Source: Candidatus Hydrogenedentota bacterium
GTDB taxonomy: Bacteria > Hydrogenedentota > Hydrogenedentia > Hydrogenedentales > SLHB01
Reading direction: 5' to 3'
Assembly (NCBI GenBank): GCA_045863335.1
Contig: BTVY01000037.1
Coordinates: 10,653 to 74,652 of the forward strand
Length of the DNA stretch: 64,000 nt
Below the pieces are notes generated by a model that worked only from the letters and a program-made list of their open reading frames with translations, searched no databases and was not told the origin of the DNA. Of the stretch, positions 1 through 11,755 are shown piece by piece (positions within the stretch are counted from its first letter, which is position 1; each line of letters opens with the position of its first letter). Made by a program: the position numbers and the translations under genes.

Positions 1-2
1 GA

Positions 3-602
3 TTTCAATTCGCTGCCGGTTTCAATGACATGAAGAGATCGATCGAGCAGGCCCACATAGTTCTGCTTGAACTGGAGGACCGCCTTGGCAATTTTTCCTA
101 CCACCAGTATCTCGCGGAGAATGAGATCGAGCAGGCAAGCTGGCGCCCTCAGGTCCTTTTCCTGTTGCGTGAACTGCGTTTCGACCCATCAAGACATTCA
201 AATGCCAAGGCCTGGCACACAGCAGCCAAAGACCTGCTAGCGGAACATCTCACGCTGAAGAACGAACCTGGACTCTCTCAACGGTTCAAATGGAACAAGA
301 ATATCGCAGACGCACTGGTTCCGGTGCCATCTGCGACTGCAATGCCACGCACCATACACTCGGTAAAGGGAATGGAGTTTCCGGCAGTTTGTGTCGTTAC
401 CACAGCGCGTACTCTCGGACGTATTCTTGACTACCTGGAAACAGGGGAACCCGCTGATATGGCGGAGGACACTCGCAAGCTCTACGTAGCGGCTTCGCGG
501 GCGGAAAGATTGCTGGTGATTGCAGCTCCGCGGAGTCAGGCGAACCGGCTAGCTGCACACTTGCGCGGCCACGGGGCCAAAGTGGAAATTGAGGACATTT
601 AG
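3..602 (+). CDS. UvrD/Rep-family (SF1) helicase, C-terminal part; 5'-truncated by the window edge
   Basis: Frame is open from base 3 with no stop before the ORF-track ATG at 30. It has the SF1 motif V TIHSVKGMEF and motif VI RKLYVAASRA. Confidence 0.8.
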   Translation, partial: FQFAAGFNDMKRSIEQAHIVLLELEDRLGNFSYHQYLAENEIEQASWRPQVLFLLRELRFDPSRHSNAKAWHTAAKDLLAEHLTLKNEPGLSQRFKWNKNIADALVPVPSATAMPRTIHSVKGMEFPAVCVVTTARTLGRILDYLETGEPADMAEDTRKLYVAASRAERLLVIAAPRSQANRLAAHLRGHGAKVEIEDI

Positions 603-640
603 CCGCTCCCCTCAGCGGCACTAAAGCCAACTCCCCCTAG

Positions 641-2788
641 TCACCCCACGCGTTCCACCCGCACCGCCTTCAGGTCGATCGCCATCTCCCCCGCAATCTT
701 CGTCGCCCGCACCGTCAGCGTGGCGCGGCCCGGTGCGAGTTCGAGTTGGCCCATGGGCAACTCGGCCCAGTGCATTTCGTAGACCTCGTTGCGTTCGACG
801 CGGTCTGGGGAGGGGATGGGGGGACGGGGGAAATGAGGAGTGATGAATGATGAATGATGAGGCGCGGTCAGGACCTTGGTGAGGCGTTTGGTGACGATTG
901 GTGTCCGGAGACTGGAGTCTGGAGGAAGAGGTGCGGATGGCGTTGGGGTTGCGTGATCGCGTTGGTAGTCGATTTCGAGGGCGACTTCGGTTCCGAGGGC
1001 GGATTCGGGGCTGGTAAACAGGAGGGCGAACGTGTAGGTCCCCGCGCGGACGATGTCGATATCCCAGGTGACGTGGTCTTCGGGGCTGGTCCAGTTGGTG
1101 ATCCAGTCGTTGGCCCAACCTTTGTCGCCCGCGAACGTGACGCCGCCGTGGAGTTGGGCGTCGGGCGCGGGGAGGGTCACGACGGGCATTTGTTCGTAGC
1201 CGATGGGAATCGGAATGGGGCCGCCGGCTTCGCGCATCATCTCGTCGTACCACCGGTCGTAGGCGGCGCGGAGCTTGGCGGCGACGTCGGGGTGCGACTC
1301 GGTGATGTCGGTGGTTTGGCCGGGGTCGGCGTGCATGTCGAAGAGGGTGTGGCGATCGCGTTCGATGACGAGCCGGTATTGCTGCGTGCGGACGGCGCCG
1401 CGGCCTTTCCAGTGGGAGAAGAGCATGCGGTCCGGCCAATCGACGGGTTCGCCGGTCAGCAGCGGCGCGAGGCTGAGACCATCGAGCGGCCGCGCGGAAG
1501 AGGCAGTAGTCTCTGGGACAGCAGGGACACCAGAGACAGCAGAGACGAGACCTCGTATGTTATCCGGAGAATTCGTGTCAACTCCCGAAGCACCATGCGC
1601 CTCGAAGCCGGGAGTACTTGAGTACGTTGTCACTGGTGTCCCTGATGTCTCTGTTGTCCCTTCACTTTTGCCGGCTTCGAAAGGGGATTGAGGATTGGCC
1701 GATCGTTGGGTCGTGGTGGCGTCGACGTTTGCATCATTACTCAAGGCGCCTCGTTCACGGGCGGGGACGCCCGTGCTCCTTACCGGCACGTCCGCAAGTT
1801 CGGCGAGGGTGGGCAGGAGATCGATCGCGGCGGCGATGGGTTTGACCTCGGTGCCGGGCGGGATGTGGCCGGGCCAGCGCATGAACAGCGCGTTGCGGAC
1901 GCCGCCTTCGTGAACGGATCCTTTCCGGCCGAGCATGCCGCCGTTGTAGCGTTCGCTGTTGGGGCCGTTGTCGCCGAAGAACACGACGATGGTGTCGTCC
2001 GCGAGGCCGTGGGATTCGAGGCGGTCGAGCAGACGGCCCACGTTGTCGTCGATGCTTTTGACCATGCCGTACACGCAGGCAAGCGTGTCGTCGAGCCCCT
2101 GTTCCTTGAAGGGATCGAAGTAGCGGTCCGGCACCTGGAAGGGCGAATGGGGCGTGTTGTAGGGCACGTAACAGAAGAAGGGCGCGTCCGCGTGGGCGTC
2201 GATGAAATCGAGGGCCGCGTCGGTCACCACGTCGTTGATGTAGCCCTTGGTCTCGACGGGATTGCCGTTGCGTTCGAGGGTGGTGTCGAAATAGTTGTTC
2301 CAGTGGCCCGCGCAGAATCCGAAGAACTCGTCAAACCCCTGGCCGTTGGGATGATTGGGATACTGCGCCCCGTTGTGCCATTTGCCGAAACAGCCGGTCG
2401 CGTAGCCCGCGTCTTTGAGGACCTCCGCGAGGGTGCGTTCTTCGCTGCGCATGACTTCTTCGCGGTGGGTGACGCCGTCGACGCCGGTGCGGAGGTAGTA
2501 GCGTCCCGTGAGGAACGCGGCGCGGGTCGGCGCGCACACGGGGCTCACGTAGAACCGGTCAAACCGCGCGCCTTCCGACGCAAGGCGATCGAGCACCGGC
2601 GTGACGATAGTGTCGTTGCCGTGGGAATGGATGTCGCCCCAGCCCTGGTCGTCCGTGAGGATGACGAGGATGTTCGGACGCCGCGCGGATTCGGCGGCGC
2701 GGGCGATCGGCGCTCCGCACAAGGCAGCCGTGCCCAGCGCCACGCGTCCAAGAAACGCGCGGCGGTTGAGAAGGTCTACACTAGTCAA
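641..2788 (-). CDS. Tat-exported arylsulfatase (Cys-type), carrying in-frame low-complexity insertions
   Basis: Twin-arginine signal RRAFL; RPNILVILTDDQG; FGly motif CAPTRAAFLTG; GKWH; GDNG. Confidence 0.95.
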   Translation of the reverse strand: MTSVDLLNRRAFLGRVALGTAALCGAPIARAAESARRPNILVILTDDQGWGDIHSHGNDTIVTPVLDRLASEGARFDRFYVSPVCAPTRAAFLTGRYYLRTGVDGVTHREEVMRSEERTLAEVLKDAGYATGCFGKWHNGAQYPNHPNGQGFDEFFGFCAGHWNNYFDTTLERNGNPVETKGYINDVVTDAALDFIDAHADAPFFCYVPYNTPHSPFQVPDRYFDPFKEQGLDDTLACVYGMVKSIDDNVGRLLDRLESHGLADDTIVVFFGDNGPNSERYNGGMLGRKGSVHEGGVRNALFMRWPGHIPPGTEVKPIAAAIDLLPTLAELADVPVRSTGVPARERGALSNDANVDATTTQRSANPQSPFEAGKSEGTTETSGTPVTTYSSTPGFEAHGASGVDTNSPDNIRGLVSAVSGVPAVPETTASSARPLDGLSLAPLLTGEPVDWPDRMLFSHWKGRGAVRTQQYRLVIERDRHTLFDMHADPGQTTDITESHPDVAAKLRAAYDRWYDEMMREAGGPIPIPIGYEQMPVVTLPAPDAQLHGGVTFAGDKGWANDWITNWTSPEDHVTWDIDIVRAGTYTFALLFTSPESALGTEVALEIDYQRDHATPTPSAPLPPDSSLRTPIVTKRLTKVLTAPHHSSFITPHFPRPPIPSPDRVERNEVYEMHWAELPMGQLELAPGRATLTVRATKIAGEMAIDLKAVRVERVG
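1495..1782. repeat. Composite repeat insert inside the sulfatase: REP-like hairpin plus two oppositely oriented 9-bp arrays
   Basis: Hairpin CACGGGCG-GGGA-CGCCCGTG at 1756-1775. Array GGGACAGCA/GGGACACCA/GAGACAGCA/GAGACGAGA at 1515-1550. Array GTCACTGGT/GTCCCTGAT/GTCTCTGTT/GTCCCTTCA at 1629-1664. Boundaries approximate. Confidence 0.75.
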
Positions 2789-2832
2789 CGTCGTTGGTTC
2801 CCTTTCACGTCTTCAATGCCGCAGGGCTTTCT

Positions 2833-2949
2833 GAGGTGGCATGGCCTTCCAGGCCATGATTCGAGGTGTCATCGCCTTCCAGGCGATGACTTAAGAGTCT
2901 CATGGGCAGGATGCCCATGAGACCACGGGCTGGAAGCCCGTGCCACCTC
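2833..2949. repeat. Cluster of four REP-like palindromes (BIME-like)
   Basis: CATGGCCTTCCAGGCCATG, GTCATCGCCTTCCAGGCGATGAC, CATGGGCAGGATGCCCATG, CACGGGCTGGAAGCCCGTG. The outer ends are inverted (GAGGTGGCA...TGCCACCTC). Confidence 0.8.
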
Positions 2950-3036
2950 GAAGAGCGCGCCCACAGCTATTCGAATTCATCCACGAGCGCCGCTCGCTTC
3001 TACAAGTTCCCACTCCCAATTCCCATTCATCATTCA

Positions 3037-4425
<1,389 letters not shown>

Positions 4426-4532
4426 ATCGATGGCTCCTCGCCCCAACGCCCTCAGAAGTTTCAGTATAACGGACCGATGCTTGAAGACAAGCAGTTTCAG
4501 TCAAACGTGCCTCAGTCGAACGGTTCTCATCT

Positions 4533-4754
4533 GGCCCAACGGGCCTGCATACTCTTAGCCCCAGGTTGCTCCGACCGACGGGAGGAGCTACCTGGGGATC
4601 TGAGCACCCGTAAAACCAAACTTACCCTGAAGGGGTTAAACATGCACTATGTATCTCTTTCAGAGAATCACGAGAACACATTGCTGAGTACCCCGGCTAG
4701 GCCTTGCTTCGCGGCGGCCAAACCGGGGCTGAGCGTATCTAGGCCCGTTGGGCC
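4533..4754. repeat. ~220-bp intergenic element with 30-bp imperfect terminal inverted repeats (REP/MITE-like)
   Basis: GGCCCAACGGGCCTGCATACTCTTAGCCCC (4533-4562) matches the reverse complement of 4725-4754 (GGCCCAACGGGCCTAGATACGCTCAGCCCC) at 26/30. Internal hairpins are present. Confidence 0.75.
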
Positions 4755-4905
4755 ACTGCGGCGCCTCGGCGGCGCCGTTCACTGCCGATCCCGATCAGCC
4801 GTCGGTAGAACCAGTCCGACAAGTCGTTGATCCCGCCCGGGCGAGGCTCTACAATCGGAGTCCTGCTGCGAGGGTTGTGTTGAACTGCTGGAGCGATGAT
4901 TCCTC

Positions 4906-5358
4906 ATGGGCCAATTGGAAGATCAGGTGAAGCGCCTTTCGGTGTTGCTGGAATTGGCGGACCCCTTGCGGGAACGGGTTGCGGCGACGCTGCTGCGGAT
5001 CTCGACGTTCTCGAACATGGAACCGGGCGACGTGCTGTACACGGAAGGCGACGCGCGTGCCGGCGACGGGTTCGTGCTGCTGCAAGGCGAAGTGACCGTG
5101 CGCAAGTCGGACGGATTCGAGGCCCGCGTGCAGGCGCCCGCGCTGCTGGGCGAGATGCAGCAGTTTCACCTCGAAGACGAGGAGAAACGGTTCGCCAGCG
5201 TCATCGCGGGCCAGAACGTCGCCGTCCTCCACTTCGACTGGCAGGAATTCTACCAAGCGCTCGAAGCAGACATCTCCCCCGACGACCAGACCCACGTCCG
5301 CGACGCCCTCCGCAACCAGGCCTGGATGCACTACCTCGAAATCGACGACGAGATCTGA
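4906..5358 (+). CDS. Stand-alone cyclic-nucleotide-binding domain protein
   Basis: PGDVLYTEGD...FVLLQGEV...LLGEM...RFASV pattern of cNMP beta-barrels; no HTH. Confidence 0.75.
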   Translation: MGQLEDQVKRLSVLLELADPLRERVAATLLRISTFSNMEPGDVLYTEGDARAGDGFVLLQGEVTVRKSDGFEARVQAPALLGEMQQFHLEDEEKRFASVIAGQNVAVLHFDWQEFYQALEADISPDDQTHVRDALRNQAWMHYLEIDDEI

Positions 5359-5378
5359 GGCGCGCTTTTCACTTCCAT

Positions 5379-7301
5379 CTACTCCACATCCTTCACGCAG
5401 CGGAATCCGCTGTTGTAATTCCCGGTCGTGTTTGGCGGGAGATAGTAGCGGTGGGTGGTGCGCATCATGGCGAGGTCGTTGAAGTTTGAACCGCCGCGCA
5501 TGACCTTGTTCTTCTCGCCGTACTCGTCGCAGGAAACCGGATTGCCTTCGTAGGGTTGATACCAGCTTGAGGTCCATTCGTAGGCGCTGCCGGCCATGTC
5601 GTAGCAGCCGTAGGGGCTCGTTGGATTCGCGATGGTTTCGCCGCGGCCGATGGACCGGTCGTACGCGATGAAGGTCGGATCATAGGTGTCGCCCCAGGGA
5701 TAAAGGCGGCCGTCGATGCCGCGCGCGGCTTTCTCCCATTCGGCTTCGGTGGGGAGGCGTTTGCCCATAGCCGCGGCGTAGGCGTCCGCCTGCTCCCAAG
5801 TGACCACAGCGGGGAAGTTTTCCTTGCCCTCGGGATACGAGTAGTTCGGGTCGAACTTCTTGAAGTCGGCGTGGCTCACCTCGTACGCGTCGATGAAGAA
5901 AGCGCCGGTCGTGGCGACGTGTTGCGGCGACTCGTCGGGGTCGCCGAAGTCGCTTCCCATAATGAAGGGTCCGGCGGGCACGTAAACCATGCCTTCCGGC
6001 GCGGCGGGATCGTTGGACGGCTCGGGGTTGGCTTCTTTCCACGCGTAGGTGCCGACTTGGGGCTCCGGTGCCGCTTCCGGGCCATCGACAAAGCCGTAGT
6101 GGCGCGCGAACCAGTAGTTCCTGATTACATCCACGTTAATCTCTTCCTCCAGAGATTCCATGGTCTTTGAACCATCCGGCGTCGGAACGGTAAAGGTCTT
6201 CATCTCACGCCGGCCGGGCCACATGCCGTCAATCTCTCCGCGGACTTTCTCGTCGATGACCACATCGCCGGTCAACACTTCGTAAAGCATGAAGTAGTAC
6301 GGCACCGCGCCGTACTCGAATCCCAACCGCTTCCACGAAAACAGATGGCGATTCAACGCCATGCGATACTTGGTCAGCAAAGTCGGATCGGTCTCGTACC
6401 GCAGCAACATCCAATACGACTTGGCCGCAAGGTTGTCGTCCCATGGCACCGCCCACTCGTCGGGCCACAAGACCTTGGCCATGATGGCTTGATCGTCGTA
6501 GTGATGCGTCTTGATCAGCTTGTTGTAGGCGGCACGGTAGCGTTCTTTGCCCGTCATGCGGTGCGCGGTCTTCAATCCCGCGAGCATCTCGAGGGCGTTC
6601 AGGTTCTCGTGTGGCAGGTCGGGACAGAAGTTGCCCCACAACGTCATCTTGCCATCGAGATCCACGAGTTTGAAGTTGTTGTCCACACAACGGCCAATGA
6701 AGCGGTCGAGAAAGTCCGCCGCGATTTGCCGGTGCTTCTCGTCCGCGCAGATCTCCCAATAGGTGCCGACGCCGTAGAAGAGATCGACAAACTTGTCACT
6801 GCTGAGATCGCCTACCCAGCGATAGCCCGGCATGGACGACGAATCGTGCCATTCATTGGAAAAGAAGTAGGCCTGTTCGTGCCACAAGGGCTCGTCGGTC
6901 TTGTAAAAACCGCGCGCAACCAACCCCGGCACGCCGGTTACCCGCTCGAGGGTGAGAATGCCTTCCATGAGTTCGTCGGCCAGCTTGCGATGCCGGGGGT
7001 CCTGCGTAACCGCGTACCGGTGCGAATACCCCGCGAGGAGCACGGCGGTGCGGCCGCAAACATCTTCGTGGTTCCCTGTTATAGGCCGCTTCTCTCCGGC
7101 GGGTGGGAAGATCACCTGCGTCTGAATGACGCCTTCGTTCCAATGACGCTCGCGGAGAATCTCATCGAACCGCTCGATACGATCGCCGAGAGGAGCTTCG
7201 CGGGACGGGAACCCGCCGTCCTCTTCTGCGATAGCGTTCGACACGCCTGAAGCAAGCAACGCGATGAACAGGACGCGCTTGAACATGTGATGGTACGGCA
7301 T
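5379..7301 (-). CDS. Secreted protein: uncharacterised helical N-terminal domain plus C-terminal FGE-sulfatase (SUMF1/EgtB/PvdO) domain
   Basis: Signal-peptide-like N-terminus. C-terminal MVYVPAGPFIMGS, RLPTEAEWEKAARG, YDMAGSAYEW, RGGS, GFRC. Confidence 0.85.
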   Translation of the reverse strand: MPYHHMFKRVLFIALLASGVSNAIAEEDGGFPSREAPLGDRIERFDEILRERHWNEGVIQTQVIFPPAGEKRPITGNHEDVCGRTAVLLAGYSHRYAVTQDPRHRKLADELMEGILTLERVTGVPGLVARGFYKTDEPLWHEQAYFFSNEWHDSSSMPGYRWVGDLSSDKFVDLFYGVGTYWEICADEKHRQIAADFLDRFIGRCVDNNFKLVDLDGKMTLWGNFCPDLPHENLNALEMLAGLKTAHRMTGKERYRAAYNKLIKTHHYDDQAIMAKVLWPDEWAVPWDDNLAAKSYWMLLRYETDPTLLTKYRMALNRHLFSWKRLGFEYGAVPYYFMLYEVLTGDVVIDEKVRGEIDGMWPGRREMKTFTVPTPDGSKTMESLEEEINVDVIRNYWFARHYGFVDGPEAAPEPQVGTYAWKEANPEPSNDPAAPEGMVYVPAGPFIMGSDFGDPDESPQHVATTGAFFIDAYEVSHADFKKFDPNYSYPEGKENFPAVVTWEQADAYAAAMGKRLPTEAEWEKAARGIDGRLYPWGDTYDPTFIAYDRSIGRGETIANPTSPYGCYDMAGSAYEWTSSWYQPYEGNPVSCDEYGEKNKVMRGGSNFNDLAMMRTTHRYYLPPNTTGNYNSGFRCVKDVE

Positions 7302-7432
7302 TGGTCAATACTCCTCGAACCCCGCGAGCGCGGGTACACAACCCAGAGATGCAGTATAGGCCGTGCCGTTGGCGGCCTGCAATGGGGCGGGTGAAATTGA
7401 GAACGAACACGGACAACCGCCGACGTAAAAGA

Positions 7433-7605
7433 GCGGACTAGTAGTCCTTCTTGTAACGGATGCCGACGCCGCTGCCGCCTTCGGCGCCGGCGCGGCCTTC
7501 GACGGAGAGTTCGGGCGTGATCTGATATTCGACGCGGCCCTGACTGCTTTCGTCTTTGAGGCCGCGCTCGATCTCGACGTAGACATCGTCGCTGAGGTAT
7601 TTGCC
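7433..7605 (-). repeat. Second copy of the tamB 3' end (last ~55 codons, stop and 5 bp); direct repeat of 14429-14601
   Basis: 172/173 identical to 14429-14601 by eye. The only difference is A7456 vs G14452 (synonymous Arg CGT/CGC). Confidence 0.95.
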
Positions 7606-7617
7606 TCTATGCCGACG

Positions 7618-8682
7618 CTAACTTGCAAACACGCGGATGTGGCGCGGGCGAACGTAAACGATGCTGCCCGTATTAAGAAGCATAGTGGCAAAACGCTCTT
7701 GGGAGACTTCCGCAGCGAGGTGCTGTCCATCGTCGGTGAGAAGTTCGACGCGAACGAGCGGTCCGGCGGACTGGATGCGTGACACTTCGGCCTGCAACGA
7801 CGGCATGCCCTTGGGTTGTGTGTCGATTGTCAGATCGTGAGGACGCACGAAGACGCGCGCGTCGCCAAGTATCTGCTGGCGGTCTTCGGGATAAGGCAGT
7901 TGGAGCGACCCAAACTGAACCGTTCCCTCGTCCACCCGGCCGTGGAAGTCGTTGGTTTCCCCGAGAAACCGCATGACGAATTCGGTCGCCGGATGGTGAA
8001 ATACCTCGTCCGGCGTGCCCACTTGCTCGATACGTCCCGCGTTCATCACGACGATGCGGTCGGCGACTTCGAGCGCCTCATCCTGATCGTGAGTAACGAA
8101 GACGCTGGTAACATGAATCTCATCGTGAAGCCGGCGCAGCCACGCGCGGAGTTCCTTGCGCACCTTAGCGTCCAGCGCGCCAAAGGGTTCATCGAGAAGC
8201 AGAACCCTCGGCTCGACCGCCAGCGCGCGGGCGAGGGCGACCCGCTGGCGCTGTCCTCCGGACAACTGATGCGGGTAGCGCTTCGCAAGGCCTTCGAGCT
8301 GCACGAGGCGCAACAGGGTTTGGACGCGCTCGCGGATCTCGTCCCTGCGGGGACGGTTCCGTCGCGGCAAGACGCGAAGGCCGAAGGCGACATTCTCAAA
8401 AACGCTCATGTGCCGGAACAGAGCGTAGTGCTGAAAGACGAAACCCACACGGCGTCTTCCGACGGTCACCCGCGCGACGTCCTCCTCGTGGAACCGGATT
8501 TGGGTTCCGGGATCGGCGTCGGGGATTTCGAGTCCCGCGATGATGCGCAGCAGCGTGGTCTTGCCGGATCCCGACGGTCCAAGCAACGCGACCAACTCGC
8601 CTGCGCCCACCGTGAGCGATACGTTGTCAAGCGCCTTGAAGGCGCCAAAACTCTTCGATACATTCGTAACTTCGATACTCAT
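7618..8682 (-). CDS. cysA: Sulfate/thiosulfate ABC transporter ATP-binding protein CysA
   Basis: MSIEV start with GGAGG RBS; Walker A GPSGSGKT; [10 protein letters not shown]; LSGGQRQR; [11 protein letters not shown]; C-terminal TOBE-like region. Confidence 0.95.
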   Translation of the reverse strand: MSIEVTNVSKSFGAFKALDNVSLTVGAGELVALLGPSGSGKTTLLRIIAGLEIPDADPGTQIRFHEEDVARVTVGRRRVGFVFQHYALFRHMSVFENVAFGLRVLPRRNRPRRDEIRERVQTLLRLVQLEGLAKRYPHQLSGGQRQRVALARALAVEPRVLLLDEPFGALDAKVRKELRAWLRRLHDEIHVTSVFVTHDQDEALEVADRIVVMNAGRIEQVGTPDEVFHHPATEFVMRFLGETNDFHGRVDEGTVQFGSLQLPYPEDRQQILGDARVFVRPHDLTIDTQPKGMPSLQAEVSRIQSAGPLVRVELLTDDGQHLAAEVSQERFATMLLNTGSIVYVRPRHIRVFAS

Positions 8683-8710
8683 TCCATGTCTCCTCCCCGC
8701 GTGGGGTCGT

Positions 8711-9583
8711 TCATGCGGCGCTGGCTGCGTGGGCGCGCTTCTCGACAATAGCTTTCAGGACCAGTGTCACCAGCGCCAATAGGGTGAGCAGCGAGGCCAC
8801 GGCAAAGGCGGCCACGAAGTTGTATTCGTTGTAGAGAATCTCGACGTGCAGCGGCAGCGTGTTGGTCTTGCCACGGATATGTCCGGATACGACCGATACG
8901 GCGCCGAACTCGCCCATGGCGCGTGCGTTGCAAAGAATGACGCCGTACAAGAGCGCCCATTTGACGTTTGGCAATGTAACCCGCCAGAAGGTCTGCCAAC
9001 CCGACGCCCCCAAGGTGAGCGCCGCCTGCTCATCTTCCGTTCCTTGTTCCTGCATTAGCGGAATCAGTTCGCGCGCGACAAAGGGGAATGTGACGAAGAT
9101 CGTCGCTAGTACGATACCCGGTACCGCGAAGATGATCTGGATGTCGCGGTCGGATAGCCACGGGCCGAGCCATCCTTGCAGTCCGAATAGCAGCACGTAA
9201 ACGAGCCCGGAGATGACCGGCGACACCGCGAAGGGCAGATCGATAAGGGTGATGAGCACGCTCCGGCCGCGGAATTGAAATTTGGCCAGCGCCCAACTCG
9301 CGGCGAGCCCGAAGATCAGATTCAGCGGCACGGATATCCCCGCAACCAAGAGCGTTAGTTTGATCGCGGAGAACGCGGCGGGTTCCCGGAAGCTCTCGAA
9401 ATACGCCTGGATACCTTTGCGAAGCGCCTCGGTAAACACGGCGAGCAGCGGCACCATGAGAAACGACGCGAGAAACAGGATAGCCAAGCCCGTAAGCGCC
9501 AGGCGCACCCACCAAGGCTCGCTGGTTGCGGCCTTAATGCGAGGCGCCGCGACGCCCATTGACGATGTAATCTGACCGGCCAC
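8711..9583 (-). CDS. cysW: Sulfate ABC transporter permease CysW
   Basis: [44 protein letters not shown]. The GTG start overlaps the cysT stop (TAGTG). Confidence 0.95.
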   Translation of the reverse strand: MAGQITSSMGVAAPRIKAATSEPWWVRLALTGLAILFLASFLMVPLLAVFTEALRKGIQAYFESFREPAAFSAIKLTLLVAGISVPLNLIFGLAASWALAKFQFRGRSVLITLIDLPFAVSPVISGLVYVLLFGLQGWLGPWLSDRDIQIIFAVPGIVLATIFVTFPFVARELIPLMQEQGTEDEQAALTLGASGWQTFWRVTLPNVKWALLYGVILCNARAMGEFGAVSVVSGHIRGKTNTLPLHVEILYNEYNFVAAFAVASLLTLLALVTLVLKAIVEKRAHAASAA

Positions 9584-10425
9584 TATGCGACCCCTCCCTG
9601 GTACCGGCGCACGCTCCACCACTGCAACAGGTTGATGAGAAGCAGTAGCGCGAACGAAGCCACCAGCATCACCGCTGCGATGGCCGTTGCCCCGGCGTAG
9701 TCATACTGTTCGAGCTTCGTGATGATCAGAAGGCTCGTAATCTCCGTGCGCATTGGCATGTTCCCGGAAATGAACACGACCGATCCGTACTCGCCGATGG
9801 CGCGCGCAAAAGCGAGCGCAAATCCCGTTAGTATCGGTGGCACTAGAGGCGGAAGCAGGACTCGCAAGAAGGTCTTCCACCGCGTGGCGCCCAAACTGGC
9901 TGCCGCTTCCTCGAGTTCCTTGTCGAGATCGGCGAGCGCGGGTTGTAGTGTCCGCACGACAAATGGCAGTCCGATGAACGTGAGGGCGATACAAATGCCA
10001 AGCGGACTGAATGCCGTCTTGATGCCCAGGGGTTCGAGATACTGGCCGATCCAGCCGTTTTGCGAGTAGATGGTCGTGAGGGCAATGCCCGAAACCGCGG
10101 TTGGCAACGCGAAAGGGAGGTCCACCATCCCATCGATCACGCGCTTGCCCGGAAAGCGATAGCGCACGAGAACCCACGCGGTGATGAATCCAAATACGAT
10201 GTTGACCGCCGCGGCCACGAAGGATGCGCCAAAGGTCAACTTGTAGGAGGCCACAACCCGCGGCGCGGTCACCGCCTGCCAAAACTCCGCCCACCCCATG
10301 GTCGCTGACTTTGCGAATAACGCCGCCAGCGGGATGAGCACGATGAGACTCAGGTACACCACCGTGTATCCAAGGGTCAGACCGAAGCCCGGGAGTACGC
10401 TATGGGCCTTCCATCTTCCTGACAT
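9583..10425 (-). CDS. cysT: Sulfate ABC transporter permease CysT
   Basis: [43 protein letters not shown]; AAGGAG RBS. Confidence 0.95.
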   Translation of the reverse strand: MSGRWKAHSVLPGFGLTLGYTVVYLSLIVLIPLAALFAKSATMGWAEFWQAVTAPRVVASYKLTFGASFVAAAVNIVFGFITAWVLVRYRFPGKRVIDGMVDLPFALPTAVSGIALTTIYSQNGWIGQYLEPLGIKTAFSPLGICIALTFIGLPFVVRTLQPALADLDKELEEAAASLGATRWKTFLRVLLPPLVPPILTGFALAFARAIGEYGSVVFISGNMPMRTEITSLLIITKLEQYDYAGATAIAAVMLVASFALLLLINLLQWWSVRRYQGGVA

Positions 10426-10463
10426 TGTTGTGAAGACTCCTTTGTCCAAAGACTGTGAATGCT

Positions 10464-10536
10464 GCCCCTCCTAGCTCCCCCCCCGTACACAGGGGGAGAA
10501 TCTCGCCCCCTGGACGGGGAGGGTCAGGGTGGGGTC
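10464..10536. repeat. C-rich/G-rich REP-like hairpin element between sbp and cysT
   Basis: CTCCCCCCCGTACACAGGGGGAG followed by GGACGGGGAGGGTCAGGGTGGGG; resembles 61111-61147. Confidence 0.55.
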
Positions 10537-10626
10537 CACTATTTCATCGTCCTCAACTTGCTGACATTTGAAATACTCGAGCACGAACGCGAGTACGAAT
10601 TTGATGGCTTGTGGAACTCAATCGGG

Positions 10627-11718
10627 TTAGCCGGCTGGGGCATAGATTTCGTCGAACACGCCGCCATCGTTGAAGTGCGTCTCCTGTGCGTTCTTCCACC
10701 CGCCGAAAACGTTATCGATGGTCACGAGTTCGACTTCGGGAAACCGGGCGAGATCCGCCGGATCTGCGCTTTCAGGATTCACCGGCCGGTAGAAGTGTTT
10801 TGCAGCCAGGCGCTGACCTTCGGGGGAGTACAGGTACTCGAGGTAGGCCTGGGCCACCTCAAGGGTGCCGTGCTTCTTGGCGTTTCGGTCAACTACGGTC
10901 ACCGGCGGTTCGGCCAGAATGCTGAGGCTGGGCAGGATGATTTCAAACTTGTCCGGCCCGAGTTCGTTCACGGCCAAGAACGCCTCGTTCTCCCAGGATA
11001 GGAACACGTCGCCAATCCCGCGCTGCACAAACGTTGTCGTGCTTCCTCGTGCGCCGGAATCCAACACGGGAACGTTCTTGAGCAACGCGGCGACAAAATC
11101 GCGGGCTTTCGCCTCTGCCTTCTTCACGTCCTCGCTGAATTGCGGGTCGTGGAGTTTCTCCAAGTCGCCCAGTTCCTGTTCTAAGACGTAGGCCCAAGCG
11201 GCCAGATAGTTCCACCGCGCCCCGCCCGAGGTCTTCGGGTTAGGCGTGATCACTTCGATCCCCGGCTTAACCAGGTCGCTCCAATCCCTAATCCCTTTTG
11301 GATTGCCCTTTCGGACGAGAAACACGATCGTGCTGGTGTACGGGGCGCTGTTGTGCGGCAGCCGCGACTGCCAATCCTCGGGCAGCAACTTGGCTTTCTC
11401 CGCGATGGCGGATATGTCGTAGGCCAGCGCCAAGGTCACCACGTCTGCTTCCAAACCGTCGATTACCGCGCGCGCCTGCTTGCCCGCGCCCCCGTGAGAC
11501 TGTTCGATGGTGACGTTCTGGCCCGTCTTCTCTTTCCAATACGAGGCGAAAGCCTTGTTGAAATCCACATAGAGTTCACGTGTGGGATCGTACGATACGT
11601 TTAAGAGTTGGATATCGGCCCCGTATGCGAACACTGTCGCCGCCACAATGACAAGCACTGTCCCTCTCACTAATTCGCGCAGCCGGCCATGAATGGTTGG
11701 TAGAAATCGATTTGTCAT
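10627..11718 (-). CDS. sbp: Sulfate-binding periplasmic protein Sbp
   Basis: [51 protein letters not shown]. Confidence 0.95.
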   Translation of the reverse strand: MTNRFLPTIHGRLRELVRGTVLVIVAATVFAYGADIQLLNVSYDPTRELYVDFNKAFASYWKEKTGQNVTIEQSHGGAGKQARAVIDGLEADVVTLALAYDISAIAEKAKLLPEDWQSRLPHNSAPYTSTIVFLVRKGNPKGIRDWSDLVKPGIEVITPNPKTSGGARWNYLAAWAYVLEQELGDLEKLHDPQFSEDVKKAEAKARDFVAALLKNVPVLDSGARGSTTTFVQRGIGDVFLSWENEAFLAVNELGPDKFEIILPSLSILAEPPVTVVDRNAKKHGTLEVAQAYLEYLYSPEGQRLAAKHFYRPVNPESADPADLARFPEVELVTIDNVFGGWKNAQETHFNDGGVFDEIYAPAG

Positions 11719-11755
11719 TAATTCTCTCCTGAGTCTTCGGTAATGGTTCGCGCGC

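Noticed and set aside
5379-6000. Sulfatase-maturating formylglycine-generating enzyme
   Set aside because: The catalytic Cys pair after RGGS is absent.
7305-7730. 141-aa ORF sharing sequence with ORF 14400-14624
   Set aside because: The shared peptide is an alternative-frame reading of the duplicated tamB 3' end, not a gene family.
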